The notes: generated by a model not told the origin, from the sequence alone. 64,000 bases of DNA from Sedimentisphaerales bacterium (GCA_016934515.1 JAFGSR010000181.1:3554-67553), one strand, 5' to 3'. Shown: positions 1 to 7,838, counted from the first letter of the stretch. Program-made: numbers and translations.

Positions 1-497
1 ACCTGCTTGGCATCGCCGGTCGAATCCTTCTCCACCGCTATCAGGCAAGGCACTCCGCCTCCCTTTTCATACTCACTCCGCACCAGGTGCCCCGGCCCCT
101 TCGGCGCAATCATCACCACGTTGACACCTTTCGGCGGCACAATGTATTTAAAGTGGATATTAAAGCCGTGACAAAATCCCAACGCCTGTCCCGCCTGAAT
201 ATTCGGCGCTATCTCTGCCTCATAAACCTTCGTCTGCAACTCGTCCGGCAACGTCACAATTATCAACGCCGCATCCTTGATCGCCTCCGCCGCAGGCTTC
301 GGATCGAACCCATGCTCCTGGGCCAACTTATAATTGTCCGTCCCCGCCAATTCCGACACCACCACGCTCAATCCGCTGTCCCGCAGGTTCAAACTGTGCG
401 CGTGACCCTGGCTGCCGTAACCCAACACTGCTATTTTCTTGCCCTCTAACGCGGTTTTGGGGGCATCCTTCTCGTAATACATCACAGCTTCACTCAT
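1..497 (-). CDS. ilvC: Ketol-acid reductoisomerase, N-terminal part (gene runs off the left window edge)
   Basis: Absent from the ORF track because it is truncated. Reverse-strand translation from the ATG at 497-495 reads MSEAVMYYEKDAPKTALEGKKIAVLGYGSQGHAHSLNLRDSG...MIAPKGPGHLVRSEY, which contains the GxGxQG NADPH motif and the KARI core. Its start overlaps the ilvN stop as TAATG. The + strand ORF 87..449 is its antisense shadow. Confidence 0.9.
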   Translation of the reverse strand, partial: MSEAVMYYEKDAPKTALEGKKIAVLGYGSQGHAHSLNLRDSGLSVVVSELAGTDNYKLAQEHGFDPKPAAEAIKDAALIIVTLPDELQTKVYEAEIAPNIQAGQALGFCHGFNIHFKYIVPPKGVNVVMIAPKGPGHLVRSEYEKGGGVPCLIAVEKDSTGDAKQ

Positions 498-1015
498 TAT
501 TTATTCTCCTTGGCTTGCTGGCGCGGGCTTCTGGGATGACGAGGCATCGCGATTATCCCCGTTCTCGCCACATCCTTGACCCCATAAGGCCGACACATAT
601 CAATAAAAGCTTCTATTTTTTCTTCCGGACCCGTCACCTCAACCATAACAAATTTCGGCCCGATGTCCACCACTTTCGCCTGAAACATCTCAATTAACGA
701 CTGAATCTCCGTCCGCTTCTCCGGCGGCGCCGCCACCTTGACCAGCATCAAATCCCGCTGGACCAGGTTCTCGTCCGTCCAGTCGTGCACCTTCACCACC
801 GGAATAATCTTACCCAACTGCTTACGAACCTGCTCCACCGTGCTGTCGTTGGCCAACACCACGATCGTCATCCGCGAAATGTCCGGATCTTCCGTCCGAC
901 CCACCGCCAGTGAATCAATATTAAAGCTCCGCGCCGCGAACATCTGCGCCACATGCGCCAAAACGCCCGGCTTATTCTGCACCAGAGCACTTATCGTGTG
1001 TTTCGTCGTCGGCAT
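497..1015 (-). CDS. ilvN: Acetolactate synthase small (regulatory) subunit
   Basis: 172-aa ORF with an ACT-domain signature (HTISALVQNKPGVLAHVAQMFAARSFNIDSLAVGRTEDPDISRMTIVV). It lies between ilvB and ilvC on the same strand. Confidence 0.9.
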   Translation of the reverse strand: MPTTKHTISALVQNKPGVLAHVAQMFAARSFNIDSLAVGRTEDPDISRMTIVVLANDSTVEQVRKQLGKIIPVVKVHDWTDENLVQRDLMLVKVAAPPEKRTEIQSLIEMFQAKVVDIGPKFVMVEVTGPEEKIEAFIDMCRPYGVKDVARTGIIAMPRHPRSPRQQAKENK

Positions 1016-1105
1016 AATATCACCATCTATTCCCCCGTAATTTACTTAATTTTAACCATGTTCCGCTGAACATCCAAACCTTATCTTCCGTGGTTTCACG
1101 CTTCT

Positions 1106-2869
1106 TTACAACCTTTCAATGCTCTCGGTCGGTAAGCCTGCCATCTCGTGCAGCCCGCTGCCCGAGGCCACCATCGGCCAGACATTCTCCTCCCGTTCCA
1201 CGTGAAAATCAACCACGCAGCACTGCTTCTCTTTCAGCATCCGCTCCACAATTTCCGGCACCTCAACCTTTTTCGTCGCCGTCAGTCCCACCGCCCCGAA
1301 AGCTTCGGCCACCTTGGCAAAGCTCGGGTGCTGCAAGAAACTCTTCGAATACCGTTTACCGTAAAACAGCTCCTGCCACTGCCGCACCATTCCCATGTAA
1401 CCGTTGTTCAAAACGCACACCTTCACAGGCAACTTGTGCTCCACCGCCGTGGGCAACTCGTTCAGCGTCATCGAAAAACTGCTGTCCCCGTCAAAATTAA
1501 CCACCACCTCATCAGGCATCGCAATCTGAGCGCCAATCGCCGCCGGGAATCCAAATCCCATCGTTCCCAGCCCGCCCGACGTAATAAAATGCCGCGGTCG
1601 GCTGAAACGATAAAACTGCGCCGCCCACATCTGATGCTGTCCCACACCGGTCGTTATCAACGCCTGTCCCTTCGTCTGCCGAGACACCTCTTCTATCACG
1701 TACTGAGGCTTGATGCCCTCGGTATTGTTATCATAAACCAGCGGATATTTCTGCTTCCACCCCTCAATCCGCTCGAACCAACCCGGACGATCCCGGTGCT
1801 CCACAAAATTCACCAGTTCCGTCAGAATATTCTTCGCGTCGCCCACCACCGGAATATCCACCTTGACGTTCTTGGAAATGCTCGCCGGGTCAATATCGAT
1901 ATGAATGACCTTCGCATTGGGAGCAAACCGCTTGACATCACCGGTAATCCGGTCATCGAACCGCGCTCCGATCGCCACCAGCACATCGCACTCCTGAACC
2001 GCGAAATTAGCATAAGCCGTACCATGCATCCCCAGCATGTGCAACGACTTAGGATCATTCTCATCAAAACCGCCCAAGCCCAACAGCGTCGTCGTGATCG
2101 GCACATTGGCTTTATTGACCAGCGCGGTAAGTTCCTGCGCAGCGTCCGACAAAATTACTCCGCCGCCGGCATAAATCACGGGTCGCTCAGCCGCGTTAAT
2201 CGCTTCCGCTGCCCGCTTGATCTGACGCAGGTGCCCCAACGGCCTCACCCGGTAGCCGGGCAGATCCATCTGCTGCTCCGAACCGTTAAGATTGGTCTTA
2301 GCAATCGACACATCCAGCGGCAAATCAATTAACACCGGCCCCGGACGACCTGTCCGGGCAATAAAAAACGCCTCCCGCAGCGAACGCTCCAGGTCTTTGA
2401 CATTTTTGACGATGCAGTTGTGCTTGGTAATCGGCCGGGTGATTCCCGTGGTATCGGCCTCCTGAAAGGCATCGTTACCTATCAGAGGGGTTTTGACTTG
2501 CCCGGTTATCACCACCATCGGCGTAGAATCCATGTAGGCGGTCGCTATGCCGGTCACCGTGTTCGTCGCACCGGGACCACTGGTCACCAGCACCACACCA
2601 ACCTTGCCGGTCGCACGGGCGTAGGCGTCGGCCATGTGGGTCGCGCCCTGTTCGTGCCGCGACAAAATAAAATTGATCGGACTGTCATACAAGGCATCAA
2701 AAACCGGCAAAACCACCCCGCCGGGATAGCCAAACATCGTTTCAACTCCTTCGCTGATAAGTGTTTGACAGAAAATCTCCGACCCAGTCATTTCAGGTTT
2801 TGATGCTTCTTTTGGTTTGCCGGACTTCCCACCGGCCTTTGGAGGTGTAGATAAAGACTTATCACTCAT
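1106..2869 (-). CDS. ilvB: Acetolactate synthase large (catalytic) subunit, ThDP-dependent
   Basis: 587-aa ORF. The N-terminal PYR domain reads TGSEIFCQTLISEGVETMFGYPGG. The ThDP-binding region reads GLGTMGFGFPAAIGAQ...FDGDSSFSMTLNEL...NNGYMGMVRQWQ. An AAGGAG RBS lies about 9 nt upstream of the ATG at 2869. Confidence 0.95.
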   Translation of the reverse strand: MSDKSLSTPPKAGGKSGKPKEASKPEMTGSEIFCQTLISEGVETMFGYPGGVVLPVFDALYDSPINFILSRHEQGATHMADAYARATGKVGVVLVTSGPGATNTVTGIATAYMDSTPMVVITGQVKTPLIGNDAFQEADTTGITRPITKHNCIVKNVKDLERSLREAFFIARTGRPGPVLIDLPLDVSIAKTNLNGSEQQMDLPGYRVRPLGHLRQIKRAAEAINAAERPVIYAGGGVILSDAAQELTALVNKANVPITTTLLGLGGFDENDPKSLHMLGMHGTAYANFAVQECDVLVAIGARFDDRITGDVKRFAPNAKVIHIDIDPASISKNVKVDIPVVGDAKNILTELVNFVEHRDRPGWFERIEGWKQKYPLVYDNNTEGIKPQYVIEEVSRQTKGQALITTGVGQHQMWAAQFYRFSRPRHFITSGGLGTMGFGFPAAIGAQIAMPDEVVVNFDGDSSFSMTLNELPTAVEHKLPVKVCVLNNGYMGMVRQWQELFYGKRYSKSFLQHPSFAKVAEAFGAVGLTATKKVEVPEIVERMLKEKQCCVVDFHVEREENVWPMVASGSGLHEMAGLPTESIERL

Positions 2870-3329
2870 GGCTTTAGGCTCCTTCTTTCATTTGCCCTCG
2901 ATAATGGGTCGCCATTGAGTCCGCTGAGCAAACGCCCCAGCCCCGCAACGACGCATCTAGGTCGAAGCTGAACTAAAGCCCTTTATTACGCTCTAATCAA
3001 TGGTCCCATGGTTCAAAACCAAAGTAACCATTTATTATAACGGCTATTATTCCGGTAAACAAGCAAAATTTTCCGGTGTCTTAGTACTACAACGCCATTT
3101 AGACTTTTTTGAGGTTCTGAGTCTCCGTTATCAGTATCAAAAACGCGGATTTTCAGTCCAAAACCAGCTATGTGGCGTTGTAGTATTAGCATAATAACAG
3201 TAACTGCCTGCCCTTGAAAACGTTAAAATAATTTCGTTAGTTTAAAGTTTAATACCTTGCCGGTTGGGCCCGGACAAACGCATAATAATACTTTACAGGT
3301 GCAAAAACAGGGTTTTTCAGGATTTTTTG

Positions 3330-4574
3330 ATGACCAGACGCGTTAAATTCAACCTCACCATGGCCCGCTTCTGCGTGTACGGCTTTTTGAAAAATCAGCA
3401 GTATTTTGCCCCGTTTTTCATGTTAGCTATGCTGGAGAAGGGACTTAGCTTTTTCCAGTTCGGATTGCTGATCGGCTTTCGGGAGCTTTGCATTAACCTG
3501 TTTGAGATTCCAAGTGGAGCGGTAGCAGACCTTTATGGTCGCCGCCGGTCGATGATTTTCTCGTTCGTCTGCTATTGTATTTCTTTCGTGATTTTCGCCC
3601 TGAGCAGCCAATTGCCCCACCTTTTCTGCGCGGCGTTCCTGTTCGCCTTGGGCGAGGCTTTTCGCACCGGCACCCACAAAGCTATCATCTTCGATTATCT
3701 TCGTACCCATCACCTTGAAGACAAACGACTTAAAGTTTACGGCTTCACCCGCAGCTGGTCTCAGTTGGGTTCGGCAACCTCGTCGGTGATAGCTGCGGCG
3801 TTGGTATTCGGAACGGGTAACTACAGCAGCATCTTCTGGTTATGTTTGATTCCTTATGTGCTCAACATCATCAATTTTCTGGGCTACCCCCGCGATACCG
3901 TGCTGCCTAAAAACAGCCGACCCAGCGTCAAGGAGGTGTTCAGCCACGTCTGGGATTCACTCAAAGAAGCCTGGCACAACAAAGAACAACGCCGGTTGTT
4001 GCTGGAATCTTGCGGCTTTGAGGGCGTTTTCAAGGTCGTCAAAGATTACCTCCAGGTCGTTATCAAAGCGGCGGCACTTGCGTTGCCACTGTTGATGACG
4101 CACGACAACCAGAACCAGCGAACCGCGGTGCTGATCGGGCTGGTATATTTCCTAATTTACGTGTTTTCAAGCATTTCCGCGCGACAGGCTCATCGCATTT
4201 CCACATGGCACGGCTCGGACGATAAGGCTGCTTTGGCGGTCTGGGCAGCGGTAATGATCTGCTACGCGGTGCTGGCGGGTGCTTTGGCGTGGGAGATTAC
4301 CCCGGTTGCTTTGGCGATGTTTATCGTTATATATCTATCGCAGAACATCTGGCGGCCGATCCTGGTCAGCCGCATTAATAAGCACTCTAGGCCCGAACAG
4401 GCGGCGACCACCTTATCCATCGAAAGCCAGTCTAAATCACTGGGCGCGATGATTTTCGCCCCGATTTTAGGTAAAGCTGTTGATTTATGGGGTTTATGTC
4501 CGGTGGGCGTGCTGGGTTTTGCGGTGGCATTAGTCTTCTGGACAACCGGCAAAATCCGCAACGGCAATAAATAG
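3330..4574 (+). CDS. MFS-type transporter
   Basis: The ORF track gives 3264..4574; I prefer the ATG at 3330 (MTRRVKFNLTMARF...). The protein has many hydrophobic helices and an MFS loop motif between TM2 and TM3 (GAVADLYGRRRSMIF). Substrate unknown. Confidence 0.7.
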   Translation: MTRRVKFNLTMARFCVYGFLKNQQYFAPFFMLAMLEKGLSFFQFGLLIGFRELCINLFEIPSGAVADLYGRRRSMIFSFVCYCISFVIFALSSQLPHLFCAAFLFALGEAFRTGTHKAIIFDYLRTHHLEDKRLKVYGFTRSWSQLGSATSSVIAAALVFGTGNYSSIFWLCLIPYVLNIINFLGYPRDTVLPKNSRPSVKEVFSHVWDSLKEAWHNKEQRRLLLESCGFEGVFKVVKDYLQVVIKAAALALPLLMTHDNQNQRTAVLIGLVYFLIYVFSSISARQAHRISTWHGSDDKAALAVWAAVMICYAVLAGALAWEITPVALAMFIVIYLSQNIWRPILVSRINKHSRPEQAATTLSIESQSKSLGAMIFAPILGKAVDLWGLCPVGVLGFAVALVFWTTGKIRNGNK

Positions 4575-4583
4575 AAGAATTTC

Positions 4584-4603
4584 GACAGGATGACAGGATT
4601 TAC
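4584..4603. repeat. Dispersed intergenic motif GACAGGATGACAGGATTTAC (copy 1 of 3)
   Basis: Exact 20-mer shared with 11871..11890. A near-copy lies at 5347..5366. Each is preceded by GAATTT(T). This copy lies 10 nt after the MFS stop codon. Confidence 0.8.
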
Positions 4604-5346
4604 GTGATTTATATTTTTGTTATCTTGTCGCAGTTTTGGCCCAATTATTAGATACTACACATCCATTATGTGACAGAAAATGAACACTGAAAGTGGACCG
4701 ATTTTGAACGGCCAAAACTGTCGTTTTACAGGATGCCCGGCATCCAATATGTGTCCGAAAATGAGGCGCTAAATTGGGGTTTTGGGTGTTAAGATGGGTA
4801 AGATGTAACGATTATAACGGGCCAAAAACGCGACAAAAGTGGGCCGAAAATGAGAAAAAGTGAAATTCAGTCAAAAAACCGGGGCGAAAGTTGGGTGGTT
4901 TTGGGGTGGTTTTTGAAGAAAGTTGGGGCAAAGTTGGTGGTTTTTTGCAGAAAGTTGCGATTTTTAAAAAAGGCTTGTCGCGCTTTTGGACCACTTGGAT
5001 TACAGTGCGAAATTCACGTAAACCCTTTTGTAACCGCAGATTAACGCCGATTTTCGCTGATTTTCCAGGTTTTAGGTTTTAGGTGCCAGGTTTTAGATAA
5101 AGCCAAGATTCTCAACCACAAAAAACACATAAGAATTTTTGCCACAGCCCGGCTACGCCAACCTGCCGCGACTAGCGCGAGCACGAATTATGAATGGAAG
5201 AGGTGAATCCGCAGATTACGTTGATTTAAGCAGATTTTATGGCAGCTATGGAAAACATGTAAGAATTTGGCTACCGCCCAGCTACGCCAAAGCGCTTCGC
5301 CGTGGCGAGAGCAAGATTAGAACTCAGAGAATTTAAGAATTTTTTA

Positions 5347-5366
5347 GACAGGATTACAGGATTGAC
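5347..5366. repeat. Dispersed intergenic motif, variant GACAGGATTACAGGATTGAC (copy 2 of 3)
   Basis: Differs at 2 positions from the 4584 and 11871 copies. It shares the same GAATTTTTTA leader and AAGAT trailer. Confidence 0.7.
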
Positions 5367-5556
5367 AAGATATAATATATATAATACAGAACTAATCGCC
5401 GGGCAGAAACTGCCCGGCCTACGCTGAGGAAGAGTATCAAATCCATGAAGCATATGTGGTAAGAACATTTTCTGGGCACTGGCTGATATTTTATGGTGTT
5501 ACAACATCCATATTATATTCGGAAATGAAAAGAAAATACTCATATATATGACAATA

Positions 5557-6003
5557 CTACTTTTCGCTCTGGGTGGAATTTATCAGATCAGCAATTTTTT
5601 CGATCCATTCATCTTTAATCCAAGACAAATCATTCATTGGGATTACTCTTTTAACGGACCACCCGAAATCTTCTAATGCATATTTCATTCCATCTCCACC
5701 GTATTGATTGGTAGTGTGAATCAGGACGGGGCAATCCGGCTTGTGAGATTCAAGGAAATCAACAACATCCCGCCCCGTGCCTGGATCGAATACTCTACCA
5801 GCTCTCTCTTGGTTAGGTCCCAAATCATGATCGAGCGATATTACAGCAACTTTCTCCAGCGAGTCTCTAAGCCAGGCGATCATATCCGGAGCATTATCAA
5901 AAAAAACATAATCAAAATCAGGAAATCTTTTAGTGATTTCCTGGCGCATCATTTCCACACGTTCTGCATCATCATCAAGTATGACGATTAATTTATTGTT
6001 CAC
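5557..6003 (-). CDS. Stand-alone receiver-like domain protein resembling the cyclic-phosphate-processing receiver (cREC) family
   Basis: 148-aa ORF. It has an N-terminal acidic cluster (IVILDDDAERV), a central ISLDHDLG motif and then GTGRDVVDFL. This pattern matches what I remember of cREC-type proteins. It has no output domain. It is visibly more AT-rich than its neighbours. Confidence 0.5.
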   Translation of the reverse strand: MNNKLIVILDDDAERVEMMRQEITKRFPDFDYVFFDNAPDMIAWLRDSLEKVAVISLDHDLGPNQERAGRVFDPGTGRDVVDFLESHKPDCPVLIHTTNQYGGDGMKYALEDFGWSVKRVIPMNDLSWIKDEWIEKIADLINSTQSEK

Positions 6004-6046
6004 TAGTTTTTATTCCTCAAAAAGTGAACTATCTTGGATAATAAGG

Positions 6047-6114
6047 AAACGGCTTAGCTTTTTTTATAAAGCTAAGCCGTTTCGGGTACATTTCCTTTCG
6101 CGGCAGAAATGTAC
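6047..6114 (-). terminator. Two consecutive strong hairpins immediately downstream of the histone-fold gene
   Basis: The first is a perfect 15-bp inverted repeat, AAACGGCTTAGCTTT (6047-6061) / AAAGCTAAGCCGTTT (6068-6082). The second is a 9-bp stem, GTACATTTC (6086-6094) / GAAATGTAC (6106-6114). The trailing U-tract is weak, so a terminator role is inferred rather than clear. Confidence 0.4.
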
Positions 6115-6118
6115 TAGA

Positions 6119-6346
6119 TCAAATGTCCTGCGACTTGACCGTACTACGGCGGTTGGCCTTGGTACGCTCAATAGCTCTGTCGAGGCAGCAATAGACACAA
6201 TCGGAAATTGACTGAACTGCCTCGGCGCCAGACATACACCCTTTAGATTTGATGTATGCTTTGACCTTACTGGCCACTACCAACACTTCCTTGTTGCTGG
6301 CTTTCTTTGCGGCCTTTTTGGCCTTTTTGGCTTTTTTCTTAGCCAT
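6119..6346 (-). CDS. Histone-fold DNA-binding protein (bacterial singlet histone-like) with a Lys/Ala-rich N-terminal tail
   Basis: The ORF track starts at 6364. The ATG at 6346 has a GGAGG 8 nt upstream and gives MAKKKAKKAKKAAKKASNKEVLVVASKVKAYIKSKGCMSGAEAVQSISDCVYCCLDRAIERTKANRRSTVKSQDI. The C-terminal ...ANRRSTVKSQDI mirrors archaeal HMfB ...HAGRKTIKAEDI. The VLVV-SKVK block recalls Bdellovibrio-type bacterial histones (from memory). Confidence 0.6.
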   Translation of the reverse strand: MAKKKAKKAKKAAKKASNKEVLVVASKVKAYIKSKGCMSGAEAVQSISDCVYCCLDRAIERTKANRRSTVKSQDI

Positions 6347-7098
6347 GTGCGATCCTCCCTGCATTAAAAAAACTAAGAGAAACCATTCATTGGACCACGA
6401 TAGTCCGAAGGCATTTTCAATAGATGTGAAGAATAATGCAACAAAAAAATGAAAAAATATGGCAAATTTTGCATATACAGGGCTGTTTGAGGCAAATTAT
6501 GGGTTTGAAAGAGGTCTAAATGCGGCTGGTGGGCAGGTGTTTAGGAGCAGCGGGGCGTGGAGTTTATGACAAGTGAAGTGGTTTGAGGTCAAAAAAAAAT
6601 GTGATTTTGTTAAAAAAAAATGAAAGATGTACTTGCCAAAAGGCAATAAAAAGCCGAAAAATACCGGGAGGAGAGTATGTAGCGGGAGGAGGTGTGTGTG
6701 CCCTTGCTCCGGATGGGCACAAAGGTTAGAATTTTAAGCGGTGAATTACAATGAACTGCATGGGCTAAAGCCCATCCTACGGAACTAACCCTTCGGGCGG
6801 GCCGAGGGGCTAAAATTGGCGGTGTTACACGGAGAAGAAAAGCCGGAAGAATGAAACAAATCTGAATGCCCGAACCGCCGTGCTCGCGCCAGTTGCGGGA
6901 GGTTAAGTTGGGCATGACAAATCAGGAGTAGGTTTATTCTGGATGCCGGCGTAGCTCTGGGTGTCGCTTACGCGGCTCCAGGTGTCAATCTTAATGGTTT
7001 TTGTGTTTTATCAAAAGTATTATTGGCAGGTTAAAAGGTCAGAAACGTTAAATCTGTTGCATTGAGGTTAGGGCAATAAGTGGTAGGAGAGCCAGCCG

Positions 7099-7473
7099 AT
7101 GAGCCAGCATGCAGATGTAGAATTCAGTCATGATGATTATGTGCCGGTAGTGTATGCCCATGACTGGGCGGAGGCGAAATACTATAAAGTGCTTCTGGAA
7201 GATCATGCTATTCCGGTGATGATCGAGGAGGAGAGCGGCAGTGACAATGTTCCTGCGGAAGAAGGTGGCGGGGTACTGGTGATGGTGCCGGATGAGTATC
7301 TGAGCGAGGCCCAGGATGTTGTGGAGCGGGCCAGCGAGGAATCGGATTTGGATGACCTGGATGATTTTGGTGATGAAGACGACGATGAGCTGGCGGATTT
7401 GAGCGTGATGGAAGATTTGGACGGCCTGGGGGGGCGGGTTTTGACCGAGGATGAAGAGGACGAGGTTTTTTAG
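7099..7473 (+). CDS. Highly acidic small protein (DUF2007-like N-terminal fold, poly-Asp/Glu tail)
   Basis: 124-aa ORF with a GGAGAG RBS upstream. The C-terminal half is almost entirely D/E (EESDLDDLDDFGDEDDDELADL...TEDEEDEVF). The stop codon is 2 nt before the next gene's ATG. Confidence 0.6.
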   Translation: MSQHADVEFSHDDYVPVVYAHDWAEAKYYKVLLEDHAIPVMIEEESGSDNVPAEEGGGVLVMVPDEYLSEAQDVVERASEESDLDDLDDFGDEDDDELADLSVMEDLDGLGGRVLTEDEEDEVF

Positions 7474-7475
7474 TT

Positions 7476-7838
7476 ATGGATGAGGCGGAAAAAGAAGTTA
7501 TTGAGGAATCAGGATCGGATCGTCGTGCGGGGGCGGATCGGCGGGTGGGATTGCCGGATACCCGAGAGGGGCCGCGTGAGGAAAGGCGTAACGGATGGGA
7601 TCGTCGTCGTGGTCCGGGTCGGCGGCGGAGTGACGAACGTCGAACCGCGGAAGAAGGGGAGATGAATTCGGAGCAGTTTGAGTTCATCATGGCGATTAAC
7701 GAATACAAAAAAGTGAATAAATGCGCGTTTCCGAGTTTTACCGAGATTTTGGAAATTGCCAAGGCGTTGGGTTACAGGAAGGTAGCTGATCCGATTCCGC
7801 TGAATGAAATCGGCAAGGACGAGGGGGACATTTCATAG
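7476..7838 (+). CDS. Arginine-rich small protein with a conserved-looking helical C-terminal domain
   Basis: 120-aa ORF. The N-terminal half has repeated DRR/RRR motifs (DRRAGADRRVGLPDTREGPREERRNGWDRRRGPGRRRSDERR). The C-terminus reads SEQFEFIMAINEYKKVNKCAFPSFTEILEIAKALGYRKV. It is tightly coupled to 7099..7473. Confidence 0.6.
   Translation: MDEAEKEVIEESGSDRRAGADRRVGLPDTREGPREERRNGWDRRRGPGRRRSDERRTAEEGEMNSEQFEFIMAINEYKKVNKCAFPSFTEILEIAKALGYRKVADPIPLNEIGKDEGDIS

Noticed and set aside
87-449. 120-aa + strand ORF at the left edge.
   Set aside because: It is antisense to the N-terminal part of ilvC, whose reverse-strand translation carries the KARI motifs.
1148-2332. Long antisense ORFs opposite well-supported genes. 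Examples are 1148..2332 opposite ilvB, 12268..13209 opposite mmsA, 13831..14745 and 16200..17207 opposite operon genes, 29572..30504, 38421..39209 and 40434..41453.
   Set aside because: Each lies entirely within a gene that has clear family motifs on the other strand. Their translations are low-complexity (R/H/P/Q-rich) with no recognisable motifs. They are the usual stop-poor mirror frames of codon-biased genes.
3000-3194. 64-aa + strand ORF in the ilvB/MFS divergent region.
   Set aside because: It has no RBS and is AT-rich and low-complexity. It spans the inverted repeat that is better explained as a regulatory structure.
4812-5468. Small overlapping ORFs (60-65 aa) in the non-coding tract: 4812..4994, 4850..5044, 4891..5082, 5139..5336 and 5271..5468.
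   Set aside because: They overlap one another in different frames and are composed of repeat-derived low-complexity peptides. None has a ribosome-binding site.
6610-6915. 101-aa minus-strand ORF in the 6365-7098 intergenic tract.
   Set aside because: It is a repeat-derived sequence containing the inverted copy of the 5150-5185 element. It has no RBS and its peptide is implausible.
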